From the NCBI GenBank assembly GCA_964035545.1, contig OZ037765.1, positions 34,682,080 to 34,746,079 of the forward strand: a DNA stretch of 64,000 nt, written 5' to 3'. A program made the position numbers and the translations under genes. Positions within the stretch are counted from its first letter, which is position 1. Each line of letters begins with the position of its first letter. The notes beneath the pieces were generated by a model, which saw nothing but the letters and a program-made list of their open reading frames with translations, had not been told where the DNA came from and ran no database searches. The DNA is from Bugula neritina (lineage: Eukaryota > Animalia > Bryozoa). Of this stretch, positions 12,901 to 26,582 are shown piece by piece.

Positions 12901-15063
12901 AAGAAGAAAAGAGATGAAAAGGATGAAGGCCTTTCATGTGGTTGAAATGTGGTGAAGTGTTCACCATTTTTTGGTAAAACATAACCATAAATTTCAACCA
13001 CTGATTGATGTAGCCAGTCAAGTAAAAGAGGTGATTTATATTTAGTCAGTTAAATACTCAGTCTACTGCTCAGGTTTTCCTAGACACGGAGGCCAGTAAA
13101 TTAAAACTTTGGGCCTGTTGGTATGCTAGCCAATATGTACAGTGTTGATTAAATATTTGCTATAGATACACTGTATTATTGTGGTATTCACAGAGCATAT
13201 AATAATATCCACGCTCCAATTAATAAGTCATAACACCCAGCGATGGTGTAGATTATTAAGCTAATAGTAACAGAAACCCTACCTCCGTCATCTTTTCCAT
13301 TGAATGTGTGATCTTCGCCTAAACCTTTACCCTGGCAAACAGAAACAACAATGAGACATAAATTACTTCTCATAATAAATATGATTTGTCTGGTCAAAAA
13401 TAACAAAATAATTTAAAATTTTAAATAAAATTAAATCAACACACTTAAAAATAAAAATTTAGTGTTGGACCAGTCTTGGTGTAATAAATTATATTGACGA
13501 TAGCTCTTGGTCCAGTAAAGTTGCCAGATTGAAATTTAAAAATACTTTTGAAATGATTTTGTAATGAAAATGTCAGCAGTTTTAGTTAGACTGGTTTTTA
13601 CATAAAATATAGAGACATGTAGGCTGGAAAACAATAATATTTTAGTTGAATTCTATGCCAACTGTTAAGAGTATTCTAATAATAATTGTTGGCTACAATA
13701 AAGCTCATTATTTGCTCTGTTAGAGTAATAATGAGCGCCTAGTACTGGAGCCGATGAGTCACGCAGGACTGGACGACTGCTAATCACGTCATTCACTCCC
13801 CACTAATGGCTGGCTTAGTCAGTTCTAAGAAGATGCTACTCTATATCTTTCTAATTGTTTTAATTACTAGCCTTTTGTATTCAAATTTGGGTTTGAAACT
13901 CATTTGCAAAGTTCACCAATAATAGCGAAGCATTTTCATCTGTCAGCATTAATAACATCACGGCTGCCTATCAACTCTAAGCAATCAGATTAAAAGTAAG
14001 GAACAAGCAACTCAGGTTTTTCTGATGTATCGCCAATGTTTAGAGTACACCACACTTTGAGCTCAACCACCTCTCACCGTTGTCGTCTGCCGGTGTACCA
14101 ACTCAAACACGAGCAACTGGAGAGCAGTAAATTTGAAAACCCTGCGTGTTGCATGGCAAACAGCAACACCTCTGTACAAACACTTGCAGACGGCTTTCAA
14201 ATATACAAAATCTTTCAAATATGTTAAGACAGGCTGCCATTATTTACATTTAGATTTATTCAAAGACTTTATGTACTGGTTTTTTAGCAACAACTCAATT
14301 TTTGCACTATTGAAATATTGTATACTTATTGGTCATTGAGATGACCTGTATAATTGCTACATTTGGCTCTTTTCTCCAATTCTTATTTAAAGTATACGTC
14401 CAAGTATAATTAAAATATACTCAAAATATATTCAATGTCTCACAGCAACAGAGAAATAGGGCTAGGGTCAGTACCAACATATTTGTTCATTTATAAAAAC
14501 CACCCTAAATTACAAGTTGTCCTAAAGTACCCCATGGGGAGCCATGCATTGCACAGAAACATTTCTGAGATTTTTCTACCTTAACTACTAACTAGTGGCA
14601 GTGCTACTAATTGTGCTACAAACAACAGCGAGTTGGTTACTATAGCACTCAATCGGCTAGGCTAGTGGTAAAATTTAGGTAATCATATTAATTCGAATTC
14701 AATTAACTTAGTTCAATTCCTCAACTTTAAGTTATTTTATTCTTATTCTAGTTGGGGTATCAAATTGAAACGCACAGTTGATGTTTAAGTTGCGAGTTAG
14801 AGTATACGTACAATTGACAACGCTATAAAACAGTGAGTCAGTACGACTATGTCAACGTCTGTATCAGTACATCAGTGTGTGATTAGTAACTATACTAATG
14901 AAAGAAGAGTCAAAGGTACCTGTTCTGTTTCAGTGACTAATCCAATTTTTTCTTCTGAGATGTCTTCAGAAGTTCTTTGTTCTTCTTGTTCGCCTTCGTC
15001 GTTGTAAACTTTCACTTCGTCCGAAGCGAAGTCTTCAGCACCATTCGTACTCACATGAGGCAT
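4965..15063 (-). CDS. TCF: TCF/LEF (pangolin) Wnt effector, 5' part; the HMG-box exons lie left of the window
   Basis: Exons 15063-14920 (MPHVSTNGAEDFASDEVKVYNDEGEQEE...EEKIGLVTETEQ, beta-catenin-binding domain), 13331-13283, 11876-11791 (PFYFYPYTHNGAA), 6302-6203 (HPPPAHTGMP, matching the conserved PPPAHMGIP) and 5055-4965 (GLHRPSLFP...GQYSPFYSDLAASVQSW). All are GT-AG and phase compatible (0,1,0,1,2). Confidence 0.9.
5470..5787. repeat. 10-bp minisatellite (GCAGGTAGRN)n in TCF intron 4
   Basis: Tandem degenerate units, visible directly. Confidence 0.9.
6975..7285. repeat. CTGTACACACA/CTGTACTTA low-complexity tandem repeat
   Basis: Visible directly; it produces spurious ORFs. Confidence 0.9.
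7619..8018. repeat. 20-bp repeat x4 (7619-7695) followed by a 23-bp repeat (about 7742-8018)
   Basis: Units ACCTGTACATAAAATACATT and ACACTCAGACTATACCATATAAT. Confidence 0.9.
9835..9906. repeat. CA/CGCA microsatellite
   Basis: Visible directly. Confidence 0.9.
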
Positions 15064-15220
15064 GCTGTCACACTTCACACATGAAACTGCTTCTGAAGTT
15101 CCCCGAAACAGTGTCCAGTTTGAGTAGCGTAACGTGCGTTTCACTCTACTGCGACTAGTATGGACTTTTAGCACTGTTGTTCTTCAATAAATGACCCGTT
15201 ATACTCGTAGGTCAGGTTAC

Positions 15221-15270
15221 CCTTTGAGCGGATCGTTTGATCTTATAGTTGCAAAGTAAATTAGCCAATG
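15221..15270. promoter_or_regulatory. TCF proximal promoter with TCF-site-like motifs and a CCAAT box
   Basis: CCTTTGAG at 15221-15228, GTTTGATC at 15235-15242 and CCAAT at 15265-15269, about 160-200 bp upstream of the ATG. Confidence 0.4.
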
Positions 15271-17182
15271 ACAGCGCTGAGTATCATTGTTTCAACTCAC
15301 AACACTCGCACCTGCTAGCACATGAGACCGTATTTTGGAAACCCTCGGGGAATACTTCTTAGTTTCATTCAACGCTATTCATGATTAAAGAAAACAACTC
15401 CAAATTATGATGCATTGCAGTTTACTATTACTCTAAAAACGAAATGATGGGTACAATATTTATAATCATCACTTTTAATTAGAATATAAAATGATGATAG
15501 ATAAATTATACTTATCAAATGATTCACTGCTTATTTCACTAACGAAGAAAATTTGGAACATGTATTTGTGATACAAATAAATGAGGTGTTAATATAAATC
15601 ATGGGCCTATGCAATGTTGAGCATATTATGTACTTATAGGGCAAATATACAGTGTTCTCAGCTATAATCATAGATACGACTTCAAGCAAGTCTTGTAATA
15701 AGTATATTATTTATATTTTCATAAAGGAAAAATTAAGCATGATGCCTTTTGTTTATATTATAATTTATATATTTTAAATAATAATATAAGAATGTTCAAT
15801 ATGTATGCTATAAGAGTGAGTGACCAAGTCATAATGGAATTTCTTGTGTGTGCATTTCTTTGCTCCAACTTTTACATGAAGCTAAGTTAAAAAATATGTT
15901 CTATACATGTATTTCGAAATTCCCGTAATTTGCAAAATTTAGTTGGTGTATCCTAAAATTTTCTTTATGAATTAACTTATCGAAAAGCTCATCAGTCTAA
16001 TATTATATACTTATAGGTATATAATATTAATTGCTGTTTTTTTATAGACTTGCCATGTATATATTACTATACAGCTCTAAGTAACTATGTAATTCAGTAA
16101 AGTAGTGTAAGTGAGTACCAATATGGTCAATGAAATTAAAATTTTGTAGCTTTTTTTAAATTTATCACGAATTGCACAATCTAATTGGAGTTTCAGAAAA
16201 AGGGGCATGCTGAAATCATAAGTACAGTAGCATGCTATAAATACAATGGCTGCATATTATACATATATATTAGAGTTATTATTTGCAAAGTGCTGCCTAT
16301 CTCACTTTTAATTTACATTTATATACACAATAAATATAATGCTTTGTACAAAATGCTATAAGGCAATGAAATACAACAAATGAAATTCTACCATATCAAT
16401 TACATGTGTTATAAACTATCATATCATATTATATCATGTACTAGACTACACTATATCTTAAACTAGACTACATTATTATAATTCAACACAAATAGGAGCT
16501 ACCCAGGTATCATAGCATATCACAATGACTTTCCACCAGCAAGTCATTGCTTAAGAGTAGGACCTCTCTAGAAGCTTCTCCTAGACAGAAGACTAACTTA
16601 CAGCCTGTGTATGTCACACAGACAGGAGCCATGCTGCCTAGCCAAACGCTGCTGCTGCCGCCATAGTATTATATATAGAACTGGTCTACTAAGTCTAAGT
16701 CATCATAACTCTAGTTCTCAGTATGTAATGTGACACACTTGTGACATGTCACACACACAAGTGACATGTGTAAGCAAAAACATGTGACATACAAGTGAAC
16801 TCATACCTTGTATTGGCAAAAATATATAATATAAATATATAATTCAACAAACAAATGGAACGTATAGAATAGTTTATAAATTAAATGTTACTAGCGTTAC
16901 ACGGTATAATATATACAAGACTAGAGTGAACTTTCTGAAATACTAATTATAACTCAGCACTTGATTCCAATTGTTTCTGCACAAACAACACGAATTAAAA
17001 AAATTAAACTATGATTAAACAGCTAATAGGCCATTGCGAAATCCATAATCACAGACAAATACATCATAAATTAACTGACAAAACCTTTACAAATATATTT
17101 AACACGCTTGTACTATGTCGGTAATCCAGTGTACAGTTCAAATACAGATAAACTATGACAGAGGATGTGCACAGAGTAGAGT

Positions 17183-20100
17183 TTAAGTTTTCTTTGCTTT
17201 CTTCACTCCCATATATATACCGACTATGATGACAGTTAGAAGTACTACAACCACCAGTACAAGTATCAGTCTATTCTGTACTATCCTACAACACACACAT
17301 CATGTATAACATATCAACAGTTCAGCTACAACCAATACAACTGCTAAAAGCCAACAAATAGAATTACATATTTTTGACTACAGAGTTTATACTATTTACC
17401 AACAATGTGACTGGATTTTATTACTTCTAACATATTTATAACAGAACAGAACTTCTAGTAGACTAATCTATAAATAAGCTGCTCATTTAACTCACAGCTG
17501 TATAATTATGCATAGCTAAAAACCCCCCTCCCCTCCCCTCCCCCCTCCCCATAAAAAAAGCTTTAGAATTAGAAGTGACCCCCAGAGTTGGAGTAAAACT
17601 ATTTAGTAGAAGAGCGAAGGAGAGAATTTGGAGAGTTTTAGGATACTGATATGAACAAAGAGCAGCACCAACTCAATCTCACAAGTTTATTGGATGTTGA
17701 AAGCAGCAGCTTTCCTATCATCAGGATGAGAAAGCATTGCAAACTGTTGACATGTAATATCTCGTTAGAGAGGCGAAGAGAAAGACAAATACTATTAACC
17801 AGCTCTCAACTGGCACTCCAGTCTGGAAATTATCATCAGCCGCATGTAAAACTTCATGATTTTCTAATTTCTTATTTTAATGTCAAAAGACAAAATCAAT
17901 AAAGCCTCATCAACTTATAATAAGCCGAGGAAATGCACCAAATCACAACATACAATCTTCTTTTTCAATTTAAACAAATTTAGAAATCACTAAACAGTTG
18001 AGATTATGAGATGAGTTTGGAAATTACTTGGTCATTATCCGTTGTATAGCTGCCAGATCAATATCTACTACCTCGCAGTATGGCAGGTAGTGGCAGGTAG
18101 TGGCAGGTAGCTGCGGTATGGACATGGAGACTCACGCAGCAATTACTAGCACCTCAAGATTACTTGCGCACTAATCAGCTTCATTCAAATTAACCGTAGA
18201 ATAGAATATTTAGATGTCACGAAATGCACAGAAAACGTGGTAAATCTATCACAAAGTGGCTTAGTTGACACCACATGCAGGTGCCAGCAGGTATCAGCTC
18301 ACTGCTTAAACTTGGCAGTTGGCACAGAGTGCTCTTGGTAGAGAACCCTCATACTCTTAGTCACTGCACACACATACCGGCTGTCACATGTACAGAACCA
18401 GCCGGCCTCGCTGACGTAGCTGTCAGCTAGTTTACGGCATCAAACAGCTAGCCACTGGCAAAAATTACAATCTGTACAACTGCACATAAAAGGGAATAAG
18501 TGAATTATGGAAATTAAAAGTAAAAATACATAATGATTACCTTTTCATCATACCAGATAACACTCTGGAACTCTTGCCTAACATAGCATCTGTCTCTTTC
18601 AACTGAAATCAAAGGGATACTGCATTAGTGTGATGAGAGAAATTGCAGTAATTGTGGAAAATGATGCTAATTATTTACATCAACTTTCCCAGAATTAATT
18701 ACTAAAACAACACACTTTGCCATCCATTCATAATAACAATTTATTCAAACCAAATTTGCCTTCAGGCTATCGCAGGAGAGGTAACTCCCAAATATTTGTT
18801 ACTCGTATACACTTATATTACAGCTATGTGAAATACTTGAGCGTATAATAGAGGAGAGAGATGCAATAGCTGTGTAAATTAACAGTAACGTGTAGCAGTA
18901 GAAGATGTTTAGGATAGAATATTGTAATGGGTGTGTGTAGCTTATAGTGATACAATATTTAATTATAAAGTACAATCGGCATATATTATAAGAATTACAG
19001 TTTGTATTCATATAAGATACACAGCATTGCAGTCACACGGCTTAGTAAGTCTCCCCCACACTCCTACTCTCTCCCCCACACTCCTACTCTCCCCTACACT
19101 CCTACTTCCTCCCCCCACACTCCTACTCTCCCCCCACACTCCTACTCTCCCCCATGTCATGTATATTTACAACAGATGGGTGAAATAATCAGAAAAAAGA
19201 GCAAAGAGAAGAAAATTCCACAAATAATCCTAAATGTTTCAGATGAGAAATAATCAAGCTAGGAAATATCCACTGAACAGCCAGCGGGAGCTAGGGGACT
19301 GTGAGCAGACAAATCCCAAGTATATACTACACTATACAGTATATATTACACTATACACTATATATTACACTATACAGTATATACTACACTATACAGTATA
19401 TACTACACTATACAGTATATATTACACTATACAGTATATACTACACTATACAGTATATATTACACTATACACTATATATTACACTATACAGTATATACTA
19501 CACTATACAGTATATACTACACTATACAGTATATATTACACTATACACTATATATTACACTATACAGTATATATTACACTATACAGTATATACTACACTA
19601 TACAGTATATATTACACTATACAGTATATACTACACTATACAGTATATATTACACTATACACTATATATTACACTATACAGTATATACTACACTATACAG
19701 TATATACTACACTATACAGTATATATTACACTATACAGTATATATTACACTATACAGTATATATTACACTATATTACACTATACTACACTATATATAGTA
19801 CACATAGGACACATAGCCTGAGGATACATACCCTAGAGCGAGATCTGTTGATCTGTTCACGCTGAGAATGCAAGTCACTGAGAATCTGTCCACCTATAGC
19901 CTCAGTTTCTACGCAGATCTGGAAGGTGTTGTCTACACTCGACCCCATCCTCTCTAAGGATTCTGTGTTATCCAGAAGTTTGGAGCGCTGCACAAAATAT
20001 AAGTACTTGACTAAATACTCTAAGTACTTGACTATATACTCTGAGTACTTGACTATGTACTCTAAGTACTTGACTATGTACTCTAAGTACTTGACTATGT

Positions 20101-22821
20101 ACTCTAAGTATTTGACTATATACTCTAAATACTTGACTATATACTCTAAGTACTTGACTATATACTCTAAGTATTTGACTATATACTCCAAGTACTTGAC
20201 TATATACTCTAAGTACTTGACTATATACTCTACGTACTTGACTATGTACTCTAAGTACTTGACTATATACTCTAAGTATTTGACTATATACTCCAAGTAC
20301 TTGACTATATACTCTAAGTACTTGACTATATACTGTAAGTACTTGACTATATACTCTAAGTACTTGACTATATACTCTAAGTACTTGACTATATACTCTA
20401 AGTACTTGACTATATACTCTAAGTACTTGACTATATACTCTAAGTACTTGACTATATACTCTAAGTACTTGACTATGTACTCTAAGTACTTGACTATGTA
20501 CTCTTAGTACTTGACTATATACTGTAAGTACTTGACTATATACTCTGAGTACTTGACTGTGTACTCTAAGTACTTGACTATGTACTCTAAGTACTTGACT
20601 ATATACTCCAAGTACTTGACTATATACTCCAAGTACTTGACTATATACTCCAAGTACTTGACTATATACTCCAAGTACTTGACTATATACTCCAAGTACT
20701 TGACTATATACTCCAAGTACTTGACTATATACTCCAAGTACTTGACTGTATACTCTGAGTACTTGACTATATACTCTGAGTACTTGACTATGTACTCTAA
20801 GTACTTGACTATGTACTCTAAGTACTTGACTATGTACTCTAAGTACTTGACTATATACTGTAAGTACTTGACTATATACTCTGAGGACTTGACTATGTAC
20901 TCTAAGTACTTGACTATATACTCTAAGTACTTGGACACATACTTGATTCTCATAATGCGTGTAGTCTTCCCCATTGAGGAGTTCATCCCTGATTACTTTG
21001 TCACTGAAAGCTGTCTTTGACCGCCTCTATAGAAATATATCATTATATTATATTTTTGTATTATATTACATGTTATATTATATTAAATTATTGTAATATA
21101 TTATTATATTATATTATTGTATTATATTATATTATTGTAATATATTATATTATTGTATTATATTATATTATTGTAATATATTATATTATTGTAATATATT
21201 ATATTATTGTAATATATTATATTATTATATTGTATTATATATTATAATATTGTATCATTATATTATATTACTGTAATATATTATATATTACCTATATTTT
21301 TGTATTATATTACATGTTATATTATATTTAAGAAACAGTGAGAATAACTGAGCTAGTCACTAAGTAATCCAAAATTTGTCTTCTGCTGCACAGAATAACG
21401 GGGAAACACAACTACCGGAGAAACACAACTACCGGAGAAACACAACTACCGGAGAGCAAGTATCATTTATACCGTATATACAGCACTGAGTACACTATTA
21501 CTTGACATCACAAAACATATATAACACAATAACACAATATAGTAACATAATATAATAGAATAACACAATATAATGATATAACATTACTATAAGACTTAAT
21601 ACCCCCAGTAGGGGGAGGGAGGGTTAGAGACCCACAGTAGGGGGAGGGAGGGTTAGAGCCCTATTAATACTTACATAGTCCTTCTCCAGTCTCTGCAACT
21701 CTTTCTCATAAGACTTGAATCTGTTGGAGTATTTGGGTCGGATATCTGATGGTAGCCCTCTCACCTCCAGCCCCATCTGCTCCAACTGTTCAACATACAG
21801 CAATACTCTGTATGCTATACTATGTATGCTAAACCCTGTGTATACTATACTCTGTATATAGCATTTACTAAGGAGGTAGTAACTAAGGAGACGGTAATTA
21901 AGGAGATAGTAACTAAGGAGACAGTAACTAAGGAGACAGTAACTAAGGAGACGGTAACTAAGGAGACGGCAACTAAGGAGGTAGTAACTAAGCAGATAGT
22001 AACTAAGGAGACAGTAACTAAGGAGACAGTAACTAAGGAGACAGTAACTAAGGAGGTGGTAACTAAGGAGGTAGTAACTAAGGAGACAGTAACTAAAGAG
22101 ATAGTAACTAAGGATATAGTAACTAAGGAGGTAGTAACTAAGGAGACAGTAACTAAGGAGACAGTAACTAAGGAGACAGTAACTAAGGAGACAGTAACTA
22201 AGGAGATAGTAACTAAGGAGATAGTAACTAAGGAGACAGTAACTAAGGAGACAGTAACTAAGGAGGTGGTAACTAAGGAAGTGTGAGTGAGTTCCCTACC
22301 AGTTCCTTAGCTTCCTCTAGCAGTCGGTCCACATTAGAGATGGCATTCTGTTTGGCCTCAACTACAAGACAGAAACAACTACTCTAGTATATGAATACTT
22401 TATAGAATAGACTTGATGAAGTCTCTGAATAAACTGATTCATAGAAATGAGGCAACTGTGAACATATTAAGTAATAAATTGACTAATGAGAGTCCAGACA
22501 TCATAATTGGCTTCGTCTAGTAATACCAGTCATCTATAAGCTGTCAATACTAACAATTGGTTGAGAAAAAAAATCAAACTTTATGGATAAAATCAGCGCG
22601 AAAAATGAGGAAGAAATCGTGTTGATGATTATTAAATGCAGTTGTTAGCAATTACTAGTGTCTCGTAATATACTCGCGGACACACAAAAGCTGTAAGTTA
22701 GCACAGCTAACTAAAGATTTCTTTTACCTGATGATAAATTTGGAATTCTACCAATTTGAGAAGTGATTTCAGAAGTGATACCAGAGTACTGGTGTTCGTA
22801 AGACTCAATTAGGCTAGCCAT
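17183..22821 (-). CDS. VTI1A: Qb-SNARE Vti1a
   Basis: Seven exons: 22821-22728, 22361-22300, 21785-21675, 21026-20943, 19987-19832, 18602-18541, 17285-17183. Protein reads MASLIESYEHQYSGITSEIT...LEEAKELLEQMGLEVR...QRSKLLDNTE...ETEAIG...LGKSSRVLSGMMKRIVQNRL, then a C-terminal TM helix. Confidence 0.95.
19320..19797. repeat. 19-bp minisatellite (TATATAYTACACTATACAS)n in VTI1A intron 5
   Basis: Visible directly. Confidence 0.95.
19998..20935. repeat. 21-bp minisatellite (AAGTACTTGACTATATACTCT)n, about 44 copies, filling VTI1A intron 4
   Basis: Visible directly; it occupies nearly the whole intron. Confidence 0.95.
21865..22280. repeat. 15-bp minisatellite (AACTAAGGAGACAGT)n in VTI1A intron 2
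   Basis: Visible directly; source of the spurious KETVT ORF. Confidence 0.95.
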
Positions 22822-24660
22822 AGTCGCTAGTGAGTGTAACGAGCCGTACAGGGCGGCCTCAGACCGTGGAGAGTTAAGCAGAGCTCAGGCTAGGAAAATC
22901 AAATCTGAAATATAATCACTTTATTATCAACTAAACTGATTCTCACAATGAGCATAAGATTTCTTCAGGAAACATTAACCTACAATATAGTAGTAGTAGT
23001 ATCTCATTTTATTCTAAAATAATTTCAAATAATTACAAATAATAAGCTAATACTAGTTTAAACAACTTCAAGCAACTTTTTCTATTTTCATCTCATCACT
23101 ATTAAAAACATGCATACATCATGTTATAGCTTTATCATCACAATAATACTAAGCTAAAATTTAATATTGAACTTTATTCATGTTATACATTATATAAATA
23201 CTATTAATAAAGTTTAAGCTTGAGCTGCAACTTGAACTAAACATATCAGTAATAAGCAAAGCCAAGTGACTAAAGTCAGTCATCAAGTGTCGGTGTAACT
23301 TCATTTGTGTGAATGTGACAGACCAGCAATAACTGTTAATTACTATTACATTCAATATTATACTCTGAGTATATGATTGTATCATATTAATAGTTACTTA
23401 GAGTTAGTAACGTTTGATTGAATTATTCATACTGGGCATGACTTTGAATTTACCTGCCACCTGAACATGACATGGCGGTGAAAGATGCGCAATAGTAATG
23501 CTAATAGGAATAAAACTACCAGTCTCAATCCGAGTATGAAATTTAATTATTAATAACCAATATCATAGTAATTATTATAATAATTATTATTAATAATTAA
23601 TATAAATATTATATTTAAATTATAATATTAAATATTGTAAAAGAAGTATAACCACAACATCATAATTACTACCAGTTCAAAATTAAAGTCAAATTCACAC
23701 TGAAAATCTGACAACAAATCGTGTCCTATACTAACACTGATACAGTCATACACTCAATCTTACATCACAGATACATGTGATTTATGAATATAAGTATGAC
23801 TATGAGTACATACTGACACAGCCACTGCCAACGTCACGGGCAAACACTAATACTTGCAATTACAGTAGCACTAATACTAATAGTAATACTAATAGTAATA
23901 GTAACCATTAGGTGTAAATTAATATTATTTCTTCACATTGATCACTAAGAGTAAGAGTAAGTGTAAGAATAAGAGTAAGACTTACTAAGAGTAACACTAA
24001 TGACTCACTGTAACTGTAAGTCAAAGTGAAAGTGTAACTCACTGAGTTAGTAACTGTAAGAGTAAGACTTAGACAACACCAAGTTTAGGTCAAAATAATT
24101 ACATTAATATTTATAATATCAAATTAAATATCAAATAGTAATACTAATACTAATACTATAGTTATAGTAATCTAGGACTAATACTATTAGTAATAGTAAT
24201 GTCATAATAATAGTGATAGTCATAGTGCTCAACAGCTCATATTAAGTATCAGTATGATACTCATACCGATACTGTCTCAGTCTGATAGTTAAAATAAAAT
24301 AAATTTGAAAATAAAACAATAACAAACTTACTAATAGTAATATTAATAAGATTAAGTATAACAAGCTCTACACATGATAAATTTGTAGCAGAAAATGTAG
24401 TTTCAATTAATATAGCTCTTAGTACTAATATTACTACTCAGTGTGTAAAATGTGCGATATTTAACTTTAATCCTTTGCTTCTACTACTAGTACCACTACT
24501 AGCCTTGTAAAAATATTATTATTTCCTTGGCTAAAATTGAGAAATACTTACTAACAGCGAGTACATTTGCGACGTAAAAATGTTAGGATGAGAACCAAAA
24601 TTGAGTTGTGACGCCCGTAACCTCCTCGAAAGAAGTAATCATATTACTAGGCTATTGAAT

Positions 24661-24710
24661 GTTTCCGGTAGTAAGTCCTTTCTCAGTGTAACAAGGTAAA
24701 TATGGCCGTA
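24661..24710 (+). promoter_or_regulatory. RPL34 core promoter and non-coding exon 1 (ETS site, TCT/5'TOP tract, YY1-like site)
   Basis: TTCCGG, then pyrimidine tract TCCTTTCT, donor CAAG|GTAAAT and AATATGGC. This is the typical ribosomal-protein gene layout. Confidence 0.6.
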
Positions 24711-24880
24711 TTAGAAATAATTCAATCATACGTTTCGTTAAAATCCACCAACATCGGTCTCATTTGGTTTATTATTGTCTAATAGTTTTGTTGTACAGCC
24801 AATTGACTATCACAGTAAAAAGATTATGCATTTAATTGTGGTTGATTTCTCGTATTTTTATGGATCGGTGTATGTTTTAG

Positions 24881-26255
24881 ATGGTGCAGAGACTACAATA
24901 CAGAAGACGATTGTCTTACAACACAGCATCTAACCAGGTGAAAATGTAAGTTAGATTCTTTTTTATTTCACACTCTTATGTCCAGGTACCTAAATGTTAT
25001 TATTAAATTGATATCTAATGAGTTGTATCAGAATCGAATGCACTATATCAATATGTAGTATTGCCCATTGGCAGTGACTCACTCACTATGACTCCAAGTA
25101 TAAGTATACTGATGGCTTACTGGTGATCCATCACTAATTATATATGTCTAGTCACTATCAATGACATGGTTGCTAGAATCACTGGGTTAAATCTTTATAG
25201 AGTTTAACTTTAACTCAAAATAAAATTGCTAAAGCGATTGTTTTTATTATTCATGTTTTGTATGATTATGTTGTGAGCTATTTCAATTTAAGTCAAGTTG
25301 AAAGTCTATAACAAGTCTAAGAATCAATTAGTATTCTGTGCAAGATACAAGGCTAATGACCGCATAATAATTTTAAGATGTTAGTTTTTTGTCTTGTGAT
25401 GAATTTTGGCATGGCCAATTCATGTACTTGTAAAGATTTTTGAATGGAATAGCAAATAATTAGTAGACTAGCTAACCACCAAGGTTTGGAAAGTTCAAGA
25501 TTTACTACAGCCTACCAATACTCTCCAATAAAAATGGTGCATGTGAACAGTCCTCATGTTAATCTGCTAAATAACTCTTTCAAGAACTATAAATGTAGCA
25601 ATACCAGTAATATTTTTTGCTAGTCTCAACCTGTTGAAATAACTGGTGAATTGGTATTTTATTTTTATGGTGTTACATTTATAATGTATTCGCCAAACTA
25701 GTACCAGTTTAAAGGAAATTCACTCCCATCAGTTCAATTTCTCCCTTAGCATCTTATTCATTAGATTATATCAAACAATTATGACATCTTATTGCAGCTC
25801 AAAAACACCTGGTGGAAAACTGGTTTACTTGTACCGCAAGAAGCAAGGCGCCATCTCTAAATGTGGTGATTGTAAAGTAAAGTTACACGGCATCACCCCA
25901 GCCAGACCCCGAGAGTTGAGTCGCTTGTGCAAACGATTGAAGACAGTTACTCGGGCTTACGGAGGATCTAGATGTCACAAATGTGTTCGTACCAGGTCAG
26001 TGAAACTGTGTGATGCAACTTCCTTTCTAACTATTTGTCAAACTCTACCTAATATTTTACTATTACGTGAATTTATATTTGAAATTTGCTCTTATAGAGT
26101 CTAATATTTCTCAATTTTGGTTTGTATAGGTAGCTCAGTTATGATTACAGAATATATAATATAATTACAGAATAGTAAGAGCTTTTCTCATCGAAGAACA
26201 GAAGATTGTTGTGAGAGTTCTAAAGGCACAGCAAGCAAGTCAGAAATCTAAGTAA
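24881..26255 (+). CDS. RPL34: 60S ribosomal protein L34 (eL34)
   Basis: Exons 24881-24945 (MVQRLQYRRRLSYNTASN), 25798-25995 (SKTPGGKLVYLY...CGDC...RAYGGSRCHKCVR) and 26171-26255 (IVRAFLIEEQKIV). Confidence 0.97.
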
Positions 26256-26582
26256 TATGTCAATTGTATTGTCAAATAAAAAATTATAAAAAACTAAACC
26301 TGTATAATTATTATTGTTCATGATAATGAGATTGCCCTGAAATGAGTATTAAACTGATTAGTGTAACCGCTATGTACAGAATCCTATAGAAACCAGTAAA
26401 ACGGGTTATAATATGCTTATTGCGGCAGAGTCGTCTGCTCAACACGTGATAATAGCTGCGAAGTAGATAATATAAAACAAGCTAAACTACAATACATGTG
26501 GAGATAAATTATGAATGCACAAATTACAGAAGGGTGAGCAAGTAAATAGATGTTGCGGTACACAGGAAGTATAACTGGTGAA

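Noticed and set aside
14077-14150. Candidate TCF exon 2 ending in GTGAG
   Set aside because: It cannot supply the phase 0-to-1 link to exon 3, whereas 13331-13283 does.
17523-17550. G-quadruplex-capable run in VTI1A intron 6
   Set aside because: Simple C/G runs occur several times in the window, with no evidence of function.
19234-22286. Repetitive ORFs (YTIQYIL, KYLEYIV, KETVT)
   Set aside because: Intronic minisatellites of VTI1A; only the embedded exons are real.
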